Source: a bacterium (GTDB taxonomy: Bacteria; Hinthialibacterota; Hinthialibacteria; Hinthialibacterales; Hinthialibacteraceae). Taken from it: a stretch of DNA of 64,000 nucleotides. The stretch covers positions 64,001 through 128,000 of the forward strand of contig CAXXSM010000092.1 of assembly GCA_963663405.2 (NCBI GenBank), given 5' to 3'. Numbering within the stretch: position 1 is the first letter of the stretch; each line of letters opens with the position of its first letter. The notes beneath the pieces are model-generated. The model saw only the letters and a list, made by a program, of their open reading frames with translations. It was not told the origin of the DNA and searched no databases. Below, one piece after another: positions 1 to 9,868 of this stretch. The translations under genes and the position numbers were made by a program.

Positions 1-494
1 ATTTCCGCGCGCCCATTGCGGATAACATACCCCGCCGGGGTCTGTTGCCAGGAATTGGCGGCGATAATCCAAAACGCCGAGAGCGTCGCCCCAACAGCGA
101 CCATCAATGAAGAAAACCAATGTACTCCTTTTGAGACACGCCCACGGCCAAAGAGATATAATCCTAAAAACGTTGATTCCAAGAAGAAGGAGAACAAGGC
201 TTCCGCCGCTAATGGCGCTCCAAAAATATCGCCTACATATTTGGAATACTCCGCCCAGTTCGTCCCGAACTGAAACTCCATCACAATGCCTGACGCCACA
301 CCGGCGGCGAAGGTCAGTCCTAACACTTTCGCAAAGAACTTCCCCGCCCGGACGTAGTCCATATCATTCCGTTTCCAGCCCATCCACTCCACGCCTACAA
401 GCAGCCACGCCAATCCAATGGAGAGCGGTGGGAAAAGGAAATGGAATCCAACGGTAAAGGCGAATTGGAGTCTTGATAGAAACAATGTATCCAT
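1..494 (-). CDS. cydA: Cytochrome bd ubiquinol oxidase subunit I, 5' part (runs off window)
   Basis: Not in ORF track; manual translation from ATG at 494: MDTLFLSRLQFAFTVGFHFLFPPLSIG...MEFQFGTNWAEYSKYVGDIFGAPLAAE...FFLESTFLG...ANSWQQTPAG, typical CydA N-terminus. Confidence 0.95.
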   Translation of the reverse strand, partial: MDTLFLSRLQFAFTVGFHFLFPPLSIGLAWLLVGVEWMGWKRNDMDYVRAGKFFAKVLGLTFAAGVASGIVMEFQFGTNWAEYSKYVGDIFGAPLAAEALFSFFLESTFLGLYLFGRGRVSKGVHWFSSLMVAVGATLSAFWIIAANSWQQTPAGYVIRNGRAE

Positions 495-552
495 TGCTTG
501 TTCTCCCCTAACTGTTGTTCATACTGATTATTCAATCCACTTTCAATGGAAA

Positions 553-1068
553 TTACGTCGAGGCGGCGTTCGATGGTGGATTGAATGACCGTTGGCTCAA
601 CTGCTGATCGATCATGAAAATCCCAGGGCCATCGCCTTTGATTAATTTCAGTTTCTGAACGATGCCGTCCGCCGTGGCTTCTTCTTCGACCTGCTCATTA
701 ACGAACCACTGCAGGAAAGCGTTGGTGGCGTGATCGCTCTCTTGCAAGGAGAGATCCACTAACTTGTTAATTAATTCCGTCACATGTTGTTCGTGCGCAT
801 AGGCGGCTTCAAACGCCGCCAGGGGAGATTCCCATTCGATTTGAGGCGCTTCGATCGCTGTTAAAATCACCCGGCCACCACGTTCGACTATGTAATCATT
901 AAACATCGCCGCGTGCGCTAACTCTTCCTGTGTTTGAATTTTCATCCAATTCGCCATCCCTTCCAGATTGATGGAATGAAAATAGGCTGACATGGAATAA
1001 TATAAATACGAGGAATAGAATTCGGCGTTAAGATGCTTGTTTAACGCTTCTTCGATTGTCTTTTTCAT
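553..1068 (-). CDS. ftnA: Non-heme ferritin
   Basis: LNAEFYSSYLY, QEELAHA, HEQHVT, FLQWFVNEQVEEE ferroxidase motifs. Confidence 0.93.
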   Translation of the reverse strand: MKKTIEEALNKHLNAEFYSSYLYYSMSAYFHSINLEGMANWMKIQTQEELAHAAMFNDYIVERGGRVILTAIEAPQIEWESPLAAFEAAYAHEQHVTELINKLVDLSLQESDHATNAFLQWFVNEQVEEEATADGIVQKLKLIKGDGPGIFMIDQQLSQRSFNPPSNAAST

Positions 1069-1251
1069 GATGCTCTCCTTCTTTCATTGTTAACATAAGA
1101 TTGATGAAAACAATCCAACTGCGCATTCTTATAAATACTGTTATCCACTCAGTATATCCACTTGAATTCCCGCTGTAGGATAAATTCATACTAAGGAAGT
1201 TTTTCCGCCATTATTTAATAAGGTTAATAGAGCAGCGTTATCCTACCAGAT

Positions 1252-2100
1252 CTATCCCAGCGCCACATCGAGCGCCATCATGATGGCGAATCCACCAATC
1301 GTGCTGATCGTAGCAAAATCCGTATACTCATCCCGCTGGGATTCTGGAATCAGTTCTTCTACGACAACAAAAATCATGGCGCCGGCGGCGAATGCGAGTC
1401 CATAGGGAAGTAAAGCCCGCATCGAAAGCACCATCCAAGCCCCTAACACACCGGCGATTGGTTCAACAATCCCGGAAGCCTGTCCATAGACAAAGGCCTT
1501 AAACCGCCCCATGCCCTCACGACGCAGCGGCATGGAAACAGCCAATCCTTCTGGAAAGTTCTGCAATCCGATCCCTATGCCTAAGGCGATGCCCCCCATA
1601 ATCATGGAGTGCGCCTGCGCCGCGTCAACCGCATGGGCGACCATTCCAAACGCGACGCCCACAGCCAATCCTTCAGGGATGTTGTGCAATGTGATCGCGG
1701 AGATAAGCAATACACTACGTTTCCAGGATGTTTGCAGTCCCTCCGCTTGGGAAATATCCAATCCCAGGTGCAAATGGGGGAGGATCTTATCCACGATATA
1801 GAGAAAGAACCCACCAGCGAGGAAGCCGATTAAAGCCGGTTTCCAATCACCGTTCGACATTTCAATTGCGGGGGCAAGCAATGACCAAAAACTGGCGGCG
1901 ATCATTACCCCCGCCGCCATTCCGAGCATTCCATCCAGCAGTTTTTGATTGAATCGTTTCGTAAAAAATACTAAGGACGCGCCGAGAGCTGTCACGAACC
2001 ATGTAAATAACGTGGCGATTAACGCCTGCGTTATAGGACTATATTGTTGAAAAAAATTAAATAGACCTTCATTCATGATTCCCTCTATAATCTCTTGCAA
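1252..2100 (-). CDS. ZIP (ZupT/GufA) family metal transporter
   Basis: [12 protein letters not shown] and LQNFPEG motifs, multiple TM segments; alternative start at 2076. Confidence 0.92.
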   Translation of the reverse strand: MQEIIEGIMNEGLFNFFQQYSPITQALIATLFTWFVTALGASLVFFTKRFNQKLLDGMLGMAAGVMIAASFWSLLAPAIEMSNGDWKPALIGFLAGGFFLYIVDKILPHLHLGLDISQAEGLQTSWKRSVLLISAITLHNIPEGLAVGVAFGMVAHAVDAAQAHSMIMGGIALGIGIGLQNFPEGLAVSMPLRREGMGRFKAFVYGQASGIVEPIAGVLGAWMVLSMRALLPYGLAFAAGAMIFVVVEELIPESQRDEYTDFATISTIGGFAIMMALDVALG

Positions 2101-2159
2101 GCTCTCCTCGCATGAGCTGGTAAAAACAAATCACGCCAATACCACAAAAAATAGACATA

Positions 2160-2202
2160 AGCGATGGCCGCAACTCCGATCAACCAGGCGCCGGCCATCG
2201 CT
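2160..2202. other. Intergenic stem-loop between rubredoxin and ZIP genes
   Basis: AGCGATGGCCG / CGGCCATCGCT perfect 11-bp inverted repeat, no clear U tract. Confidence 0.5.
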
Positions 2203-2230
2203 ATGACCGTTGCTTGTTCTTACGGCAATC

Positions 2231-2395
2231 CTATTCTTCTTCAGGTGAAAAATCGTCTTTACTCACGTCGCATTCCGGGCAGGTAAAATCATCCGGTAGA
2301 TCTTCAAATGGAGTGCCAGGTTCAATCCCTTGTTCCGGCAATCCTACTTCAGGATCATAAACCCATCCACAGACATCACAGACGTATCGTTTCAT
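2231..2395 (-). CDS. Rubredoxin
   Basis: [15 protein letters not shown]...FTCPEC; GGAG RBS before ATG at 2395. Confidence 0.95.
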   Translation of the reverse strand: MKRYVCDVCGWVYDPEVGLPEQGIEPGTPFEDLPDDFTCPECDVSKDDFSPEEE

Positions 2396-2433
2396 CGTTT
2401 CTCCTCCATATTCATCTAAAGATGGCATGTCTT

Positions 2434-3633
2434 TTAGTTTGCATGGTTATTGGCTAATTCAAGAGCTTTTTCGGCGAGTTGTTTTCCCGCCGCGCGGCAC
2501 TCATCCAAGATTTCAGGGGTGGGTTTGAATTGAGAGGAAATCGTATCACGCACAATCTCCCAATCCAGGGCCTTCATATAATCGACCAGGTTCCGCATTC
2601 CCCCTTGGCTCCAACCATAAGAACCGAATGCGAAACCGGCTTTCCCGGAGGGTCTCAATCCCTTCAGGTAGATCAACGTAGCGCCGATCATCGGCATCAT
2701 CTCCCGGTTGAGGATCGACGAACCGATAGCGACACCGGCGGCGTCGAGCATATCCGTCGCGATCCGTGTTAAATTCGATAGGCGGACATGAATCAGATCC
2801 GTTTCGACGCCGGGAATGGAAGCGCCTTCCAAAATCGCTTTAGCCATCTCGCCGGTGCTGTTCCACATGGTGTCATAGATGACCAACACTTTCGGTTTGG
2901 GCTTGTGAACGATCCATCCTTTATAGGCTTCTATAATCTTGTCAATATTCGAACGGAACACCAAGCCATGACTGGGCGCGATCATATCGATGTCGAGTTT
3001 CGCCACTTCGTCCATCGTCGCCGCAATGAATTTACCATACGGCATAAGAATGTTCGCGTAGTACGTTTTGGCTTCTTCCATTAGCGCTTGGAAGGACACT
3101 TCATCATCGAAGCGCCGGATCGTGGCGTAATGCTGTCCGAACGCGTCCATCGAAAAGAGCAGTTTCTCTTCGGGAATATACGTAAACATCGATTCGGGCC
3201 AGTGCACCATGGGCGTTTCAATGAACTGTAGCGTCCACTTACCCAGGGAGAGCGTATCGCCTGTCTTGACGATATGGAAATTCCAGCCGGATGTATCATA
3301 ATGTTTGCCTAATGCCGCTTCACATTTTTTCGTGCAAACAAGCGTCGCATTCGGACATTCTTTTATGACACGCGGCAAACCACCGGAATGATCCGGTTCG
3401 GCGTGGTTGCAGATAATATAACGAATCGACTTCATATCGGTCAGCGTGGTCACCTTCTGGATTAGATCATTCACAAAAGGCGCTTTAACAGTGTCGATTA
3501 GAGCCGTTTTCTCATCGCGTACGAGATAGGCGTTATACGTGGCGCCGCGATCGGTGTTATAACTGTGAAAATCGCGGACGGTCCAATCGACATAGCCAAC
3601 CCAATCAATGTTCTCCCGTAAGACTATACTCAT
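2434..3633 (-). CDS. fprA: Flavodiiron protein (FprA/A-type flavoprotein, O2/NO reductase)
   Basis: [21 protein letters not shown] in the metallo-beta-lactamase domain plus flavodoxin domain (FGSYGWS). Confidence 0.93.
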   Translation of the reverse strand: MSIVLRENIDWVGYVDWTVRDFHSYNTDRGATYNAYLVRDEKTALIDTVKAPFVNDLIQKVTTLTDMKSIRYIICNHAEPDHSGGLPRVIKECPNATLVCTKKCEAALGKHYDTSGWNFHIVKTGDTLSLGKWTLQFIETPMVHWPESMFTYIPEEKLLFSMDAFGQHYATIRRFDDEVSFQALMEEAKTYYANILMPYGKFIAATMDEVAKLDIDMIAPSHGLVFRSNIDKIIEAYKGWIVHKPKPKVLVIYDTMWNSTGEMAKAILEGASIPGVETDLIHVRLSNLTRIATDMLDAAGVAIGSSILNREMMPMIGATLIYLKGLRPSGKAGFAFGSYGWSQGGMRNLVDYMKALDWEIVRDTISSQFKPTPEILDECRAAGKQLAEKALELANNHAN

Positions 3634-3742
3634 GATGCTCCTTCCAACGCGCTATCGCTATCGACCGCTCCAGAGCAACCGGTCCGGAGCGAGTTCTCTT
3701 TCGGTGTTTGCGCAAAACGGACTCCGTTCGCACACAATACAA

Positions 3743-4318
3743 TTACCAGTTCTCCGCCAGCACCTCGAAATGCGCTTGCGGATGCGCGCACGCAGGACAC
3801 GCTTTCGGCGCTTCCTCGCCTTCATGAAGGTATCCACAGTTTCTGCATCTCCAAACAATCGGCTTCTCTTTCTTGAACACGGTTCCGGATTCAATATTCT
3901 TCATCAAATCAAGATACCGCTTCTCATGTTGTTTTTCCGCGACGCAAACAGCGTCAAACACGGCGGCGATCGCGGTGAATCCTTCTTCTCGAGCGACCTG
4001 AGCGTATCCTGGATACATCGTCGTCCATTCGTAATTCTCTCCACCCGCCGCCGCTTTCAGATTTTCCACTGTCGCGCCAATCACACCTGCGGGGAACGCC
4101 TCTTGGATCTCCACTTCCCCGCCTTCCAGAAACTTAAAGAACCGTTTCGCGTGTTCTTTCTCTTGATTGGCGGTCTCTTCAAAGATGTCCGCAATCTGAA
4201 CGAATCCCTCTTTTCGAGCGACACTTGAATAATAGGTATATCGGTTTCTTGCCTGAGATTCACCTGCAAACGCTGTAAGCAGATTTTTCTCCGTTTTACT
4301 TCCTTTAATGCTGGCCAT
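3743..4318 (-). CDS. rbr: Rubrerythrin
   Basis: AFAGESQARNRY, EKEHAKRF, EKQHE, C-terminal CRNCG...CPAC. Confidence 0.96.
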   Translation of the reverse strand: MASIKGSKTEKNLLTAFAGESQARNRYTYYSSVARKEGFVQIADIFEETANQEKEHAKRFFKFLEGGEVEIQEAFPAGVIGATVENLKAAAGGENYEWTTMYPGYAQVAREEGFTAIAAVFDAVCVAEKQHEKRYLDLMKNIESGTVFKKEKPIVWRCRNCGYLHEGEEAPKACPACAHPQAHFEVLAENW

Positions 4319-4384
4319 TCCTTACGTTCTCCTTTTCTCCAAAAAAAGTAATCATTAAATACTGTGCAATACTTTACATTCACG

Positions 4385-4765
4385 CTATTTCGCTTTCCAT
4401 AACCCATGAAGGTTGCAGTACTCGCGCGCCGTGAGTCGCTCCCCTTCCACGGGGAAAAACGCTTCCGGCGCGTCGCCTGGATTCAAAAACTGACGGTACG
4501 CTTTTCCATCCGCGATCAGTTCGATCCATTCGATATAATGTTCATCCTGCATTGGATGCGCGACGGACCCAACCTTCACTTTGACGCCTCCGCTTACTTT
4601 CTCAATTACGGGAACGTGTTTTTCTGTCGCCGCGTCAGTGGTGTTCTCTGTCAGCAGATCCATCGGCTGATTGCAACAGACAAGCTGGCCTCCTCCTTCA
4701 TGAATCACTTCAACCATATTACCACAGACACTACATTTGTACACTTGCAGCTTTTGAGTCGCCAT
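4385..4765 (-). CDS. dfx: Desulfoferrodoxin (superoxide reductase)
   Basis: CSVCGN...CC desulforedoxin domain, EKHVP, HPM, CNLHGLW; ATG at 4765 with GGAG RBS. Confidence 0.95.
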   Translation of the reverse strand: MATQKLQVYKCSVCGNMVEVIHEGGGQLVCCNQPMDLLTENTTDAATEKHVPVIEKVSGGVKVKVGSVAHPMQDEHYIEWIELIADGKAYRQFLNPGDAPEAFFPVEGERLTAREYCNLHGLWKAK

Positions 4766-4818
4766 TTTTACTCTCCTTAAACAGATCGTATCGTTCAATC
4801 AATAAACAGAGACACAGT

Positions 4819-5259
4819 TTATCCGTATGGATACATGTCTTTCTTTACCGCCTCTAAATTGGCGAGCACTTCATTGTGTTTTTCTTCATCTTTCAAAAGA
4901 TATTCAATCAGATACTTTTGCACGGTCATTCCCTTGTTACCTTTGAGCGCGGCGAGACTTTCTTCGGCCAACCGGACCGTCTCTTTTTCCAATTCGATAT
5001 GTTTCTCGATAGAAGCCCATACTTTGCCAACTTCCTCTGGCGTAAGAGTGAGAACTTTGCTTTCCAGGCTGTCAATAATTAATTCTTGCACACGATGATG
5101 CATTTGGGAATCACGCTGAATGATTTCCATCACTAACCGGACAACTGGGTTTTCGGTCTCTTCAATAATTCTCCCTGTGGAAGAGACTGAAGCGTTTTCA
5201 ATCTTCTGCCATTTCTTCATGTTTTTTACGACGGCTTCCTGCGCTTCTTTAGCGTTCAT
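4819..5259 (-). CDS. Ferritin-like four-helix protein
   Basis: DSQMH, HIELE, DEEKH ExxH-type motifs; start at MNAKEAQ with RBS. Confidence 0.7.
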   Translation of the reverse strand: MNAKEAQEAVVKNMKKWQKIENASVSSTGRIIEETENPVVRLVMEIIQRDSQMHHRVQELIIDSLESKVLTLTPEEVGKVWASIEKHIELEKETVRLAEESLAALKGNKGMTVQKYLIEYLLKDEEKHNEVLANLEAVKKDMYPYG

Positions 5260-5362
5260 AATTATCTCCTTCTCCTTGAATATAGGTCTGTCACTCATTC
5301 TTTATTTGTTATCAGAAAACAAAATACGTATAAATGGCCCTCTTCACAAGGGGGAAATCGTT

Positions 5363-5950
5363 TTATCCATGTTTGGCCAGGTAATCAGCGACGCCATCCG
5401 CTGTGGGTTTCATCCCTTCTTCACCTTCCCGCCAATTCGCCGGACAGACTTCCCCATGTTTTTCCGTAAATTGCAAAGCGTCCACAACACGCAAGGCTTC
5501 ATCCACACTGCGGCCCAGTGGGAGATCATTGACCAACGCGTGACGCACAATTCCTTCTTTATCGATCAAGAACAGACCACGCAGCGCTAATGAATTATTG
5601 AACAATATACCATATTTCTCCGCAATACTCCGATCCAAATCCGAAACCAAAGGATATTGGATGTTCCCGATTCCACCTTTGTCCCGTGGCGTGTTCTTCC
5701 AGGCCAGATGGGTAAAATGAGAATCCACCGATACCCCGATCACTTCGGTTTTTCTCTTCTTGAATTGATCAAGAGATTTATCAAACGCAATAATCTCGGA
5801 CGGACAGACAAACGTAAAATCGAGCGGGTAAAAGAACAAAACGACATACTTCCCACGGTACGAGGACAACGTTAGTTCTTCAAATGAATTGTCTGGCGCG
5901 ACAGCTTGAGCGGTGAAATCTGGGGCTTCTTTCGTTACGAGTGTTGACAT
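5363..5950 (-). CDS. ahpC: 2-Cys peroxiredoxin (AhpC/TSA)
   Basis: FYPLDFTFVCPSEI and GEVCPANW. Confidence 0.95.
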   Translation of the reverse strand: MSTLVTKEAPDFTAQAVAPDNSFEELTLSSYRGKYVVLFFYPLDFTFVCPSEIIAFDKSLDQFKKRKTEVIGVSVDSHFTHLAWKNTPRDKGGIGNIQYPLVSDLDRSIAEKYGILFNNSLALRGLFLIDKEGIVRHALVNDLPLGRSVDEALRVVDALQFTEKHGEVCPANWREGEEGMKPTADGVADYLAKHG

Positions 5951-6017
5951 GATTTACTCCTTCTTTTTTATACTAGGCTTTACGCCTTTATTAATGTTCG
6001 GATGTAGTGAAATCACT

Positions 6018-6272
6018 TCACGAATCCGGTTGGTTCTCACTATCCATAGCGCTTTCTTCCCAAATTCCATTCGTGATATGAACCTGCTTTTCTCTCTCGG
6101 CTTCCGAACGAATTTTAAAAGCGCAATCGCGAACCACCTCAAAAAGCGCAAGACACCCTTCATCATCAATCTGAGTTCGCGCATCATTGGCGGAGACGAT
6201 CATCAAACGAGATATATCCAACGCCTGTTTGATGTATTGATTGGTAATACTGACATGTTGGTTGGTCTTCAT
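6018..6272 (-). CDS. Small helical hypothetical protein, first gene after the sigma54 promoter
   Basis: Probable start MKTNQHV at 6272 (downstream of the promoter); DDEGC...RDCAFKIR...GIW. Confidence 0.6.
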   Translation of the reverse strand: MKTNQHVSITNQYIKQALDISRLMIVSANDARTQIDDEGCLALFEVVRDCAFKIRSEAEREKQVHITNGIWEESAMDSENQPDS

Positions 6273-6314
6273 TGGAACACACAATCTTCTATTTTGGTAC
6301 GTTTGATTAAGAAA

Positions 6315-6330
6315 AGCATAAACCATGCCA
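6315..6330 (-). promoter_or_regulatory. Sigma54 (-24/-12) promoter for the oxidative-stress cluster
   Basis: Minus strand TGGCATGGTTTATGCT, GG-N10-GC spacing. Confidence 0.7.
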
Positions 6331-6428
6331 CAATCAAAATCGTAATCATACAATTAAATATCTTACTGATTATGTTAAACTTAGAGAAAATATTCAGAGT
6401 GAGATTCAATTCATCCGGCGGTATTGTT

Positions 6429-6612
6429 ATGTCTCATTAAATTTAATTTTTAGATACAAACCGAATCCATATTCCAAGACAAATAAGAAGAGCCGAAAGA
6501 GGAAACAAAAATATCTTAAATAATATCAATTAGTTAAGAAAGAAATTTGATGATATGTCTCATTAATTACTACTATACTTTCCCATTGAGACACATCATC
6601 TGAACTGAGACA
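6429..6612. promoter_or_regulatory. Putative enhancer-binding-protein sites (TGTCTCA/TGAGACA half-sites)
   Basis: ATGTCTCATTAA at 6429 and 6555; TGAGACA at 6587 and 6606; 100-280 bp upstream of the sigma54 promoter. Confidence 0.5.
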
Positions 6613-6989
6613 CTCTCTTTCACTATAGAAGGGCTAGTGTAATGAATCGATAAATACTTTCTATTCATATATATAGGTGTGTATCATTTCAAACGCGCTC
6701 CTGGCGCCAACACCAAATCGTACTACCTTTGAAGACTGATTCCGTGTGTTTATTAATTAATGGAATTTTCTTAATAGAAAATTATCAAAAAACAATAAAC
6801 CATTTGACTTTCACTCTTTTTTATAGAATAATCGATTTAAATTCCATCGTTTTTATATGCAGCGCCTCAATTCACTGCGATATGACGAGTGAAGATTATT
6901 CTTCATTCCGTCCACTAAATTTGGGCTATTTAATCCAGATGGATCAGATGGGGGAGACCATAAACTACATATTTGAAAGGATTGAGACA

Positions 6990-8393
6990 GTGACACACAA
7001 CAAGATACTTCTGAGACTAAGCGCAGTGTTTCTAATTATGGGAACCGTAGTGGGAATCGGTTATGCCGATGAAACCTATTTTTTCTGGTATGGAAGCAAC
7101 CCTGGTTCTATCTCCTGGGCGCCTTTCGATTGGGAGGGACAAGGCCGCGCCAGCGGATTCGCGGACAGTGTTCAACTGGGGGAATTCTATAACCACACCC
7201 CTGATGCGGAAGACAATGATGAATTAAATATGTCTCTCACATTCGGCTTAGACATTGTAGGAAATCAAGGAGCCCATCATCCGACTGTGCTGCCCGGCGG
7301 GGTGGGAACAGTCAGCCTTTGGATATATTACGATTACGATTTCGGATGGGGATTCGATGATTCCATGAACACGATATACCTCTCGGTTCTCGCCGGTCCA
7401 GAACTCGTGAATGACAACTATCTCGGTGTCCAAATGACCTACGGCGCTGATAATTTCACAATTGTGTCAAGTGAAAACGCGGCGGGAGTGGATGGTCCCG
7501 CAGTCAACGTCAATGACTGGAATGAATTCGTTTTCACCGACGATGGAAACGCCACGCAGTTACAAATCAATGGTGAAGACGCTGGACTCAGCCTCCCCAG
7601 CGGTGGGAATCTCTGGTATATCAACATTGTCGATGGCGCGATTCAGAGCGATGGCTCCATCGATAACGGCGTGTGTACAGAGACATGGTATATAGATGAT
7701 ATCGTATGTACCTCCTCTACTGAATCGGGCATCAAATATATTGACGTTCCCCTTACTTCGAACACAGTGACGATCGACGGCGTGATCAATCCCGATGAAA
7801 TCGCCGGCGCGAACGCGGTCTCCTGGAACGGCTCCTCTCCTGAACGGCCTGGCGTACACGCGCAGTTTTACGGTCAGTGGAGTTTAACCACGCCGGAAGA
7901 TCTTACCGCCACCGTCTACCTGCAAAATGATGGAACTAATCTTTATATCAGCATCGACGTGGTGGATGACGTAGTCGCCATGCTCCAAGAGGGTTCCTGG
8001 TGGAATAACGACAGCACAGAACTCTATATCGATCATGACAACAGCCGGAGCACGGACGGCGCGGACCAGGTCTCCATCCAAGCGGACATGGCCTACGGAA
8101 ACGGGGACAGCTTTTCGGATTGGTTATTTATCGATTCCGTAGTTAAATCCGATAATTCCGGTTGGCAGGTCGAAGCGGAAGTGGATATGGCCGCGCGGGG
8201 CCTCTCGCAGGGTGAAAGTTATGGATTCGACATCTCGATCAACGATTCCGACGGCGAAAACGAAACCGGCTACCAAGGCGCCCAGGAATGGCTCTACGCC
8301 AGTTACGAAACCGCGTACTATAATGAAACCTACTGGGGCAACATCCGAATCCTCAGCACCAGCAGCCCCATTAATCACTGGGAAGTCTATTAA
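6990..8393 (+). CDS. Secreted protein with C-terminal CBM9-like sugar-binding domain and C-terminal tail motif
   Basis: GTG start 6990 after GAAAGGA; signal peptide ending GYA-D; TIDG, DSTELYID, GFDISINDSD; ends SPINHWEVY. Confidence 0.75.
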   Translation: MTHNKILLRLSAVFLIMGTVVGIGYADETYFFWYGSNPGSISWAPFDWEGQGRASGFADSVQLGEFYNHTPDAEDNDELNMSLTFGLDIVGNQGAHHPTVLPGGVGTVSLWIYYDYDFGWGFDDSMNTIYLSVLAGPELVNDNYLGVQMTYGADNFTIVSSENAAGVDGPAVNVNDWNEFVFTDDGNATQLQINGEDAGLSLPSGGNLWYINIVDGAIQSDGSIDNGVCTETWYIDDIVCTSSTESGIKYIDVPLTSNTVTIDGVINPDEIAGANAVSWNGSSPERPGVHAQFYGQWSLTTPEDLTATVYLQNDGTNLYISIDVVDDVVAMLQEGSWWNNDSTELYIDHDNSRSTDGADQVSIQADMAYGNGDSFSDWLFIDSVVKSDNSGWQVEAEVDMAARGLSQGESYGFDISINDSDGENETGYQGAQEWLYASYETAYYNETYWGNIRILSTSSPINHWEVY

Positions 8394-8725
8394 AAGGATC
8401 AAAACACCTACCCGCGATAGGTAATGGAACACGAGTGTCTCGCTCGTGAATCGTAGAACATCAATTTAATCTTACACAGCCCCCCAAACCAACAACACCA
8501 ATCCTTATCCCTGATATCACACTAACCTTTATAGTAAGCAGAATGTCTTACTGCAATTCCTATCCAAGATTCAATATATAAAAAAAGAAAGGCATTTCTC
8601 ACCCTCTCCAATATTAAATTCAGCCTCAGCCACTACAAAAAATCTCCATAAGTCATACTATGTATAAAACAAATCATTATAAGGATACCAAGCGCCATTA
8701 CGCTGGATCATTCATAAGGAAACTC

Positions 8726-9868
8726 ATGTCTCCAAAGTCTCTCCGTTCCATCACAAATGAGATCGACGATTATGCGATTCTCACCGCGATTGGTGAAGGA
8801 TCGAGAGACGTAATCACCAGCATCGACGCAAAAGGACGTATCCTATCCTGGACATCCGCCGCCGAACGGCTTCTCGGCTATACAGACAATGAAATCATCG
8901 GTCAATCGATCGATATCCTCGTCCCAGAAAATCTACGGGAATACGAACATGAACAGGTTCGAAAACAGATCAACGGTGAGATCGGCGTCTTTCACGAAGA
9001 CACTATCCGGCTTTGCAAATCGGGTGAACCGGTGGAAATCAGTCTTACACGGATTCCCTTGAAAAACCGGCAGGGAAAAAATATCGCTTTGCTCGCCATT
9101 TTAAAAGATGTGTCGGAACAGAAAAAACTACAACAAGAGGTGGATACCCTCCAGCGCAACACGGCGATGGCGAAAGTCGCCGCGAAAGTCGCCCATGAAA
9201 TCCGAACCCCTCTTGGCGTTCTATTCTTAAAATCCGACCTCCTTGTCGAACGGCTGCGAAGGGCGTTTGAAGAATGGGGAACGGGTGATTCGGAAAAACA
9301 TCAAAAAATACTTGAAAAAGGCGTTTCAGATATTCAAAAGCAGATCAACCGATTAGAAGAAATCGCCACGAATTACCTTCATCTTTCAAAAACCGGTACC
9401 ATTGAACGTGTCAATTTAAAACTCCGGCTTTTCATGCGGGACGTCGTATCGGAACTCAAGGAACAATACGATGACCGGATACAATTGGAATATGAAGTGC
9501 AGGATAACCTCCCCGCAGCATGCTTGGACGCTCAGCAATTCCAGCGAGTTTTCTCCAATTTGACACGCAATTCCGTGGAGGCCATCCGATTGGCCCATAT
9601 CCCTAATGGGAAAATTCTCTTCCGCGTCTATCAAGAAGGAGAAACCATTCGATTTGAAGTCAAAGACAACGGACCGGGTATTCCTAAAGAAATCCAACAA
9701 GCCGTTTTCGATCCATTCACTACTTCAAAAAGCATCGGAACCGGTTTGGGATTATATCTAGTCCGGGAGATTGTAGAAAACCATGATGGCTCTATCCATA
9801 TTCAATCTGAAGAAGGGAAAGGAACCACGATCCATATTACCATTCCATTGGAGAGGGACGGCGGCTGA
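8726..9868 (+). CDS. Cytoplasmic PAS-domain sensor histidine kinase
   Basis: PAS, AHEIRTPL H-box, DNGPGI, GTGLGL; no TM segment; RBS supports start 8726. Confidence 0.92.
   Translation: MSPKSLRSITNEIDDYAILTAIGEGSRDVITSIDAKGRILSWTSAAERLLGYTDNEIIGQSIDILVPENLREYEHEQVRKQINGEIGVFHEDTIRLCKSGEPVEISLTRIPLKNRQGKNIALLAILKDVSEQKKLQQEVDTLQRNTAMAKVAAKVAHEIRTPLGVLFLKSDLLVERLRRAFEEWGTGDSEKHQKILEKGVSDIQKQINRLEEIATNYLHLSKTGTIERVNLKLRLFMRDVVSELKEQYDDRIQLEYEVQDNLPAACLDAQQFQRVFSNLTRNSVEAIRLAHIPNGKILFRVYQEGETIRFEVKDNGPGIPKEIQQAVFDPFTTSKSIGTGLGLYLVREIVENHDGSIHIQSEEGKGTTIHITIPLERDGG

Noticed and set aside
16-457. Plus-strand ORFs at the window start
   Set aside because: Shadow ORFs of cydA on the minus strand.
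6686-6708. TTCAAAC...GGCGCCA resembling a tRNA 3' end or att site
   Set aside because: No T-stem pairing, no cloverleaf and no integrase nearby.
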